A stretch of DNA of 55,845 nucleotides from a virus. Its lineage: Duplodnaviria > Caudoviricetes. The translations under genes and the position numbers were made by a program. The notes under the pieces were generated by a model. That model ran no database searches. It saw nothing but the letters and a program-made list of their open reading frames with translations, and had not been told where the DNA came from. Below are positions 48,805 through 55,845 of the stretch, piece by piece; the first letter of the stretch is position 1; each line of letters begins with the position of its first letter. The stretch lies in IMG/VR virus record IMGVR_UViG_3300025674_007203, positions 1 through 55,845 of that record. One strand, given 5' to 3'.

Positions 48805-50053
48805 CACTATCTTTATTCAAATCGCTGCTTATAGAGATCCAGAATTATTGCCCACATTAAAAGATTGTTTAGCAAAAGCCAAGCATCCAGAAAATTTACG
48901 TTTTGGTATTGCTTGGCAAAGATCCAAAGATGATGATTGGGACGATATCGAAGAATTTATGGATCATCCCCAGTTCAAAATTTTAGATATAGATTACAGA
49001 GAATCTCAAGGAGTTTGCTGGGCTCGGAATCTAGTTCAGGGATTATACAACAATGAGAAGTATACTCTTCAATTAGATAGTCATCATCGTTTTACTCAGG
49101 ATTGGGATGCTAAGTTAATTAGAATGCTAGAAGGACTACAAAAAGAAGGACATCCTAAGCCTCTGATTACAGCTTATATTCCTAGTTATAATCCAGAAAA
49201 TGATCCTCAAGATAGAGTTCAAGAACCTTGGAAAATGACCTTCGATAGATTTATTCCAGAAGGAGCCATATTCTTTCTTCCTGCTGCATTCGACCCATCC
49301 AAAGATGATTTAGACAAACCATTATTAGGAAGATTTTATAGTGCCCATTTTGCTTTTACTTTAGGAGAATTCGCTAAAGAAGTTAAACATGATCCTCACT
49401 ATTACTTTCATGGAGAAGAAATTAGTATAGCAGCAAGAGCTTTTACTCATGGTTATGATATTTTCCATCCTCACAAAGTAATAGTTTGGCATGAGTACAC
49501 TAGAAAAGGAAGAACCAAACAATGGGATGACGACAAAGGATGGGGTAAGAGAAATGAAATTTGTCATAAGAGAAATAGGAAACTATTGGGCATGGATGGC
49601 GAAATCCAAGATATTGATTTCGGAATATATGGATTTGGCGATAAGAGAACTCTTTCTGATTATGAGAAATTTTCTGGGATTAGTTTTAAGCAGCGAGCGA
49701 TAACTCAGGCTGTATTAGATAATAAATTGCCTAAGTTTGAAAATATGAAAATATCAGATGAAGCATTTAACAATAGTCTTCTTCATATATTTAAGCATTG
49801 TATAGATCTTGGTTTTAATCAAATGCCGCATGATGATTATGATTTTTGGTGCGTAGCATTCAAGGATGAAAAGGGGCAAGATATGTATAGGCAAGATGCA
49901 GATAGAGAAGAAATAAAAAGAATGAAAAACGATCCTGATGGATATTACAAAATATGGAGAAGTTTCCAAACAAAGAAAAGACCAACAAGCTGGATAGTAT
50001 GGCCACATAGTATCAGCAAGGAATGGCAAGATCCAATTACAGGATATATCTGA
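48776..50053 (+). CDS. GT60-like polypeptide alpha-GlcNAc transferase
   Basis: [32 protein letters not shown] (DxH), [22 protein letters not shown]. Confidence 0.85.
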   Translation: METMREEKTDTIFIQIAAYRDPELLPTLKDCLAKAKHPENLRFGIAWQRSKDDDWDDIEEFMDHPQFKILDIDYRESQGVCWARNLVQGLYNNEKYTLQLDSHHRFTQDWDAKLIRMLEGLQKEGHPKPLITAYIPSYNPENDPQDRVQEPWKMTFDRFIPEGAIFFLPAAFDPSKDDLDKPLLGRFYSAHFAFTLGEFAKEVKHDPHYYFHGEEISIAARAFTHGYDIFHPHKVIVWHEYTRKGRTKQWDDDKGWGKRNEICHKRNRKLLGMDGEIQDIDFGIYGFGDKRTLSDYEKFSGISFKQRAITQAVLDNKLPKFENMKISDEAFNNSLLHIFKHCIDLGFNQMPHDDYDFWCVAFKDEKGQDMYRQDADREEIKRMKNDPDGYYKIWRSFQTKKRPTSWIVWPHSISKEWQDPITGYI

Positions 50054-51024
50054 TGAAATATCATATTCAACATGATTTTAATGATTGGCCACATTTTTAT
50101 GTGTCAACATTTTTTAATAAGCTATATAAAAAACTACAAAAAAAATATGAAGAACATGATTTTGAAATTGTAAATCATCCTAAATATGATAATTTTGGTT
50201 ATGGTAGTATTTTTAGTTGTATGAATTTCTCTATTATTAATCCTACAAATCAGAAATACATGCTAGTCTCATTTTTCGATAATTGGCGATATCACTTTAT
50301 GAAGCATATTGGTTGGCAACCTGAAAATATGGTTAAGTTTTTCTATCCTGGTGGTTTTAATTATTTTGATTATTTCAACTGGAGAAAAGAAACTATAGGA
50401 AATGATGATCTTTATTGCCCATTAGATATAACTAAAATTTACAAATCTTTTTACTATGGACCATATGGTCCTAGCAAAATAGATTACGAACACAAAGAAG
50501 ACACATTAGACGAAATGATTTTTAGAGGATGGCTTTGGCCTTTTAGGTCACAAATGCTATCAAGAGTCAATGACGAGTCTGTAGTTATTATTGAAAAAAG
50601 ACAAAATGAAGCAGCAGAGACACTCTCATATGAGGACTATTTAAAAGAACTGTCTGAGTATAGGTGTGCTTTAAGTTTGCCTGGAGGAACGGAAATTTGC
50701 AACCGTGACATAGAATGTTTTGCTGTTGGGACACCTGTGATAAGGCCATTTATCAATACAGACTATGATGATCCTTTAATTCCTAATTATCATTATATTA
50801 GTTGTTTTTCTGATATCAAATATTGGAATGGCAATCCTGAACATTCTGATTTTGAAAGTTTTGGAGATCGCCTATTAGAGACATGGAATCGTGTAAGATA
50901 TAATGAGGAATATTTACGTTTTATTTCTGAAAATGCTAGAAGATGGTACGAAAAACATTGTACACTAGATAAAAATCTAAGATATCTATTAAGACATATA
51001 AAACTGGAGGAATTAAATGGTTAA
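50053..51024 (+). CDS. putative GT-B glycosyltransferase
   Basis: FRG, YEDYLKEL..YRCALSLPG...CNRDIECFAVG, LIPNYHYI, ISENARRWY. Confidence 0.65.
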   Translation: MKYHIQHDFNDWPHFYVSTFFNKLYKKLQKKYEEHDFEIVNHPKYDNFGYGSIFSCMNFSIINPTNQKYMLVSFFDNWRYHFMKHIGWQPENMVKFFYPGGFNYFDYFNWRKETIGNDDLYCPLDITKIYKSFYYGPYGPSKIDYEHKEDTLDEMIFRGWLWPFRSQMLSRVNDESVVIIEKRQNEAAETLSYEDYLKELSEYRCALSLPGGTEICNRDIECFAVGTPVIRPFINTDYDDPLIPNYHYISCFSDIKYWNGNPEHSDFESFGDRLLETWNRVRYNEEYLRFISENARRWYEKHCTLDKNLRYLLRHIKLEELNG

Positions 51025-51622
51025 CGGAGGATTCGCATATGGATACCTACATGCTGCACAAAATCCTAATGTAGAAGAAGTTTTTAACAAAATCCTTGGT
51101 ACTCTAAGACCAACAAAAGTTTTAGAAATAGGAACAATGCATGGCGGTCTAACATTAATGGTAAGAGACATTCTAGATAAGATAGAATGTAAAGAGTCTA
51201 TCATTAGAACCTATGATATATACAAGCAAGAATTTCTGATACCATTAGTTGATGATAGAGTAGAAGTTAAAACTAAAAATTTGTTTAATGGCGATTATTC
51301 TGACTTTAAAAACAACTACTGCAAAAAAGAGATAAAAGATTTTGTAAAATCTGGAAATCCAACATTGGTTTTATGTGATGGAGGATGTAAAATATGCGAA
51401 TATAATCTCATAGCTCCTTTTCTTAAAGAAGGAGATGTTATTATGGCTCATGACTATGCTCCTAGTAAAGCTTATTTCAATTCTTTTGTCAAAGGTAAAT
51501 TATGGGATTGGTTAGAAATAGAAGAGAAAGACATTAAAGATACTGTTATCAAATATGGACTAAAACCATTCCACCAAGAAGTGGCACAACAGGCTGTATG
51601 GGTATCAAAAATTAAGGGCTAG
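51017..51622 (+). CDS. class I methyltransferase (CmcI/Methyltransf_24-like)
   Basis: [27 protein letters not shown]. Confidence 0.8.
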   Translation: MVNGGFAYGYLHAAQNPNVEEVFNKILGTLRPTKVLEIGTMHGGLTLMVRDILDKIECKESIIRTYDIYKQEFLIPLVDDRVEVKTKNLFNGDYSDFKNNYCKKEIKDFVKSGNPTLVLCDGGCKICEYNLIAPFLKEGDVIMAHDYAPSKAYFNSFVKGKLWDWLEIEEKDIKDTVIKYGLKPFHQEVAQQAVWVSKIKG

Positions 51623-52661
51623 AAGGAGTTGGAGTTGATCCGCTTGATGCACTAATAGTTGGTGTTACGCTTATAGTTGGTGTTACGCTTATTGTTGGTG
51701 TTATACTAGGCGTATTGCTGATAGTAGGAGTTACTGTAGGCGTTCTAGTAGGCGTTCCAGTCTGAGTTCTTGTTGGTGTTGGACTTGGCGTTCTACTAGG
51801 TAACGGCCATGCTAAACTTGCACTAACACTCACAGAGACACTTTGAGTAATACTAGGAGTAACCGTAGGAGTTCGAGTCGGGGTTATGCTAGGGCTTACG
51901 GTTGGAGAAAGACTAATAGTGGGGGTTACAGTAGGTGTTCTCGTTGCTGTAGGACTATTAGTTGGAGTCGGAGAATAACTTAAACTCGGAGTAACAGTTA
52001 CAGTAGCAGTAGGTGTTACTGTTGGAGTTGGAGAACCACTAATTGTTTGAGTTGGAGTTCTAGAAGGCGTAGTAGTAGGACTTAAACTGACAGTATTCGT
52101 AATAGTTGGAGTAACAGTCGGAGTGTTACTAACTGTTGCAGTGGGCGTTACACTAATTGTTGGGGTTATACTAATTGTAGGAGTTTGACTAGGCTCTGGC
52201 GTATTAGTCGGATTAATAACTGGAGTATTTAATGCGCTATAATCTGGCTGCGATAAACTAGGAGTAACAGTAGGAGTCGGTGTTGGTGTTCTCGTCAGCG
52301 TAGCAGTAGGAGAGGCTGTAGGAGTAGGTGATCTGGTTGGTGTTGAAGTTGGGCTTTGTGTAACACTAATTGTTGGACTTGGACTAAAACTAATAGTTAC
52401 ACTAGGAGTAGGACTGTTAGTAATTGTTTGAGAAGGAGTAACTGTTGGGGTTGGAGTTAAAGTAGCTGTTGGAGTTCTAGTTTGAGTAGGAGTTGCTGAA
52501 GCAGGAGGGGTCTGAGTTCTGGTTTGTGTTGGTGTTCTAGTCTGTGTTCTTGTTGGAGTAACTGTAGGGGTATTAGTAACTGTTGGAGTAGGCGTAGGAG
52601 TACCTGTCACCGTTGCTGTTGGTGTTCGTGTTTGTGTTCTTGTTGGTGTAGGTGTAGCCAT
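51612..52661 (-). CDS. mucin-like Thr/Pro/Ser-rich low-complexity protein
   Basis: 349 aa of TPT/TPS/TVT/TRT repeats, AAGGA RBS, third-position variation among repeats. Confidence 0.85.
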   Translation of the reverse strand: MATPTPTRTQTRTPTATVTGTPTPTPTVTNTPTVTPTRTQTRTPTQTRTQTPPASATPTQTRTPTATLTPTPTVTPSQTITNSPTPSVTISFSPSPTISVTQSPTSTPTRSPTPTASPTATLTRTPTPTPTVTPSLSQPDYSALNTPVINPTNTPEPSQTPTISITPTISVTPTATVSNTPTVTPTITNTVSLSPTTTPSRTPTQTISGSPTPTVTPTATVTVTPSLSYSPTPTNSPTATRTPTVTPTISLSPTVSPSITPTRTPTVTPSITQSVSVSVSASLAWPLPSRTPSPTPTRTQTGTPTRTPTVTPTISNTPSITPTISVTPTISVTPTISASSGSTPTPSSP

Positions 52662-52683
52662 ATATAATTAATCCTTAATTTAA

Positions 52684-55251
52684 CTAGGGGCATGCCTCTG
52701 GATAATCTGCTTTATTAACTCTATTAGGATCAATACAGAATCCGTCCAATTGTCCTCCAACCGAGATGACCCATCCTGGAGGACAGCATGCTATTACTGG
52801 CTCACCAAATGTTGGGTCACACCTCCACATAAAATCCCAATTGTCTGGACAACCAAATACCTGATATCTTACAATAGGATGTATCGGACAACAATATCCA
52901 TTACACTCTATTGACCAACTATAAAATACCCCATCTTCATATGTTGTCTTTACTGTTACTTTAGTAGCTCCGTTTGGTTTACAAAAATAGCCTTTACCAG
53001 ATGTTTCGTTGGTATATTCTACCTCTCCTGCTAGGATATCATCAAAAAATATTTTGATAGTACCATTCCATTCTGGCCCATCAGGAACAATTGCCCAAGA
53101 CAAAACCATACCAATTTCTAATTGATCTAAATTGTCTTTCTCGAAAGTATCTGTTTTTCCTTCTGGCCCTCCTCCTGTATCTCCAAAAGGCTCACATCCT
53201 CCTATTGCTGGGGGATTACAATTCTGATTATTCTCTTCCGTTTCGCAAGCGGCGGGGCATTCAACAATAGGAGGGGGAGGAGGAGGTTCTGGAGGATCAC
53301 CACAATCTCCGCACAACTCATCAAATAAATCTGGGGGTATACAAAAACCAAAAGCTTGACAATTTAGATTTGTACAAATACTCCATCCAGCAGGACAACA
53401 GACACATTCAGCTACTTCTTCATATCCGACAGGACAAGAACATGGAAAGCCAGGAGGGACATACGGAGGTAGCGCTGAATTAGTAGGATCTGGAGGAGGT
53501 AATGTAGGACTAGGAGAAACCGAAGGAGTTACTGTCGGGGTTGGAGTGTTAGAAGGAGTAACCGTGGGACACATTGTTACTGGAATAGCACAAGACCGGT
53601 CGGATGCTGCATAATAGTTGATAACAGTAATTTTTTGTTTTTCAGCAACTAAAGCTTCTTCTGTTACTTCTATATTAGTAACTAATTCTACGCAAGTTGG
53701 CTCAAACCATTGCAATCCTATTCCGGTAGAACCACACGGAAAACTAGAAATAATCGGCACTTCTCTATAATGTTCTGTTCCACATTCATCGAAATATGTT
53801 TCTCCAGAATAAAAAATTTGTGTACGAGATCCTTTGACGCTATGTCCTAAAAATTGTATTTTACTTTCGTTATAATTTGGAATCTGTTCAATAGGCATAT
53901 TAAAATATCTATATACATCTTCTTCTGATTGTATAGCATCAAATATTATATCACATGGTATACATTGTGTTGGGGTTGGAGTTGGACTTTCTCTTGGGGT
54001 TGGACTAGGAGTAATAGTATAAGTTGGGGTTGGTGATGGAGTTGCCGTCGGTGCATTTTGACACCATTCGTCAGTAGGTGGTACGCATAACCCATAATCT
54101 GGACTACACGGATTGGTACAAATATCATAACCTATAGGACAACATCTATATCCGTAATATGGAAAATCTTCATCAATATAGACTGGCTCCCAACCCTCAG
54201 GACAGCAAACTTTATTTTCATATTCTATGAAACCTTCAGGACAAGGTGGATAGTCTCCACCACCGCCTCCACCGCCTCCACCGCCGCCTCCACCGCCGCC
54301 TCCACCTCCACCGCCCGGCGGATATCCATCTATAGGCCCTCCATCTATTGGTGGTACATCAGGTGGCTCTCTTGTGGGTGGTGGTTCTGGTGTAGGGGTA
54401 GGAGTAGGGGTTGGCAAAGGATATTCAATAGGGGGAGCCGGAATATAAGGCTGTGGAGGTTGGATAATAATATCAACAGGAGGAAAATCTCCTCCGCCGC
54501 CTCCGTCGGGATCAGATCTTGGAGGAGATCCATCACCAAATAATCCTTCTGGAATTGATTGTGAAGAACTTCCTATGGATATAGTTGCTTCAAAAGCATA
54601 AATTGTAGCAATCTCAGCTCTTAAATCATGCAAACCATTTACGTCATCTAACGCTATACAATTCATTAAACTTAGACATCCTAGTGTTTGCCAAGTTAGA
54701 CTAGGATATGATTGATCTGGGTCACATTTAGCAGAATGCGTGAGTATTTGTGGAGATCCAGCTTCATAGCCATAAATGAGTTCGATTGCTAGATTAAAAT
54801 ATCTATAAGGAAACGGATTAACAAATTTATTTCTAAGCTCTTCATCTGGTATATCAATTGTAATCTTACTAAAATCACATATTTTAAAAGTGTCCTCTCC
54901 TATCGTAGGAGCAACTACAGAACTTGAATCATTTGGACATGCTGTAATTTTTACTGAACATGGTTCTGCTGGTTCTGTGACAAATGTTGGAATATGGCCT
55001 CGCTCAATAATAAACTTTGGATTTTCTCTATCGTCATTAACTTTCCAACATAATATCACTATAACATCTTCAATATCAACCCAAGCTAGGCCTTGGTCGG
55101 TAGAATGAACTAATGCTTGTGGCACATATTCTTTATATCCTGGTATTAGCTCGATAGCTATATTAAAGTATCTTAGCGCATCACTCTCGATAGAAGGTAC
55201 TTCTATTAAATTTTCTGCACACTCAACAAATAATCCTGATTCCGCTACCAT
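52684..55251 (-). CDS. Cys/Pro/Gly-rich modular repeat protein, possibly virion-surface
   Basis: 855 aa, AGGAG RBS, three RYFN repeats, CCPxGW repeats, PTPT tracts, poly-Gly. Confidence 0.85.
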   Translation of the reverse strand: MVAESGLFVECAENLIEVPSIESDALRYFNIAIELIPGYKEYVPQALVHSTDQGLAWVDIEDVIVILCWKVNDDRENPKFIIERGHIPTFVTEPAEPCSVKITACPNDSSSVVAPTIGEDTFKICDFSKITIDIPDEELRNKFVNPFPYRYFNLAIELIYGYEAGSPQILTHSAKCDPDQSYPSLTWQTLGCLSLMNCIALDDVNGLHDLRAEIATIYAFEATISIGSSSQSIPEGLFGDGSPPRSDPDGGGGGDFPPVDIIIQPPQPYIPAPPIEYPLPTPTPTPTPEPPPTREPPDVPPIDGGPIDGYPPGGGGGGGGGGGGGGGGGGGGDYPPCPEGFIEYENKVCCPEGWEPVYIDEDFPYYGYRCCPIGYDICTNPCSPDYGLCVPPTDEWCQNAPTATPSPTPTYTITPSPTPRESPTPTPTQCIPCDIIFDAIQSEEDVYRYFNMPIEQIPNYNESKIQFLGHSVKGSRTQIFYSGETYFDECGTEHYREVPIISSFPCGSTGIGLQWFEPTCVELVTNIEVTEEALVAEKQKITVINYYAASDRSCAIPVTMCPTVTPSNTPTPTVTPSVSPSPTLPPPDPTNSALPPYVPPGFPCSCPVGYEEVAECVCCPAGWSICTNLNCQAFGFCIPPDLFDELCGDCGDPPEPPPPPPIVECPAACETEENNQNCNPPAIGGCEPFGDTGGGPEGKTDTFEKDNLDQLEIGMVLSWAIVPDGPEWNGTIKIFFDDILAGEVEYTNETSGKGYFCKPNGATKVTVKTTYEDGVFYSWSIECNGYCCPIHPIVRYQVFGCPDNWDFMWRCDPTFGEPVIACCPPGWVISVGGQLDGFCIDPNRVNKADYPEACP
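54256..54315 (-). repeat. poly-glycine-coding GGN repeat (about 20 codons)
   Basis: Mixed TCC/ACC/GCC triplets on the + strand. Confidence 0.9.
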
Positions 55252-55260
55252 TTATAACTC

Positions 55261-55845
55261 CTAATATACCGGTCCAACTGGTACAGCTTCGTTACTTTCT
55301 CCAGTATGAACAACTATATACACATAGGGAGAACTGTCTGATGCTGATAGAGAATATCCTTGCATACTTACTCTATGTATAGTAACTAAATCACCCCTCA
55401 TCGCGCCACATCTTTTTACATTATAAGCAGCTATATTACCAATAAAGCCACTACTGACCCTATTACTAGAATAACCACCAAATTGGGGGTCAATATTAAC
55501 TCCGCCAAGAGTCGCATTAGCAATTACACTCACATCAACAATTTTATCTGATGGTCTAAAAGTTTCATTAGCTACAAAAGTCATAATCATAGGCCAAGCA
55601 TCAGCAGCACTAAAAGCTATATACTCAGCTAAATAAGTATCAAAATAACAGTATACTTTTGTTCCTTTAGATAATGGGGAATCAATCCTATCTTTAATTC
55701 TGATTGTTGGATTAGCTATGGGTTGTCCTTCGTTATCATAAAGAGTTTGATCAAAATCTTTTAATATTTTGGCAGCAGCGGACTGGCCAGAGTTTAGATC
55801 TTCTAATAATTCAGCAGCAATAATCCTATATGGCGGTGGAGCAGT
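55261..55845 (-). CDS. hypothetical protein, 5'-truncated by the window edge
   Basis: The frame of the 55261-55590 ORF stays open to base 55845 (TAPPPYRIIAAELL...). Confidence 0.8.
   Translation of the reverse strand, partial: TAPPPYRIIAAELLEDLNSGQSAAAKILKDFDQTLYDNEGQPIANPTIRIKDRIDSPLSKGTKVYCYFDTYLAEYIAFSAADAWPMIMTFVANETFRPSDKIVDVSVIANATLGGVNIDPQFGGYSSNRVSSGFIGNIAAYNVKRCGAMRGDLVTIHRVSMQGYSLSASDSSPYVYIVVHTGESNEAVPVGPVY

Noticed and set aside
1564-51204. Many short antisense or alternate-frame ORFs in the track (e.g. 4061-4327, 18123-18464, 32349-32726)
   Set aside because: They lie within well-supported + strand genes and lack motifs; treated as shadow ORFs.
51612-52661. DNA-level tandem array, CRISPR or diversity-generating retroelement repeat
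   Set aside because: Repetition is at the amino-acid level with varied third positions; there are no constant repeats with spacers and no reverse transcriptase.
52662-52686. Readthrough fusing the 855-aa and 349-aa genes
   Set aside because: The frames differ, a second in-frame stop follows, and the downstream gene has its own AAGGA RBS.
54256-54315. Poly-Gly tract as an assembly artefact
   Set aside because: The codons are mixed GGA/GGT/GGC and stay in frame, consistent with real coding sequence.
1-55845. Bacterial chromosome segment
   Set aside because: No ribosomal or housekeeping operons; dense small hypothetical ORFs, dNMP kinase, PhoH, HNH genes and divergent RecA/sigma fit a phage. 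No capsid or terminase is visible in the window, so this remains an inference.
1-55845. Stop-codon reassignment
   Set aside because: Conserved genes are full length under code 11, and TAA, TAG and TGA all end genes at tight junctions.

Overview
This 55.8 kb AT-rich, gene-dense window is best read as part of a large tailed-phage genome (standard code). It most likely infects a Planctomycete, because it carries the host-type families DUF1501 and DUF1559. The + strand (1-51622) holds four kinds of genes. (i) Accessory and glycan-modification genes: WavE-like, sulfotransferase, methyltransferases, GT4s, HtrL+GT-A and a GT60-like GlcNAc transferase. (ii) Nucleotide metabolism: GuaC, nucleoside deoxyribosyltransferase-like, class II NrdJ, ThyX, dNMP kinase and a degenerate DeoC. 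(iii) A phage sigma factor, ClpP, and a membrane-protein cluster around a papain-like peptidase. (iv) A replication and recombination set: RecA-like, DnaB, DnaG, SSB, DEDDh exonuclease, Rad52-like, and a DnaE split into two genes 4.5 kb apart with no intein. There is one tRNA-Thr(UGU) and several consensus sigma70 promoters. The - strand (51612-end) encodes an almost pure Thr/Pro/Ser mucin-like protein and a Cys/Pro/Gly-rich repeat protein, converging directly on the glycosyltransferase cluster. Top candidates for novelty are a phage-encoded mucin-type O-glycosylation system, an intein-less two-subunit Pol III alpha, and a possible protease-centred lysis/envelope module. All family calls are by-eye motif recognition; no searches were run.
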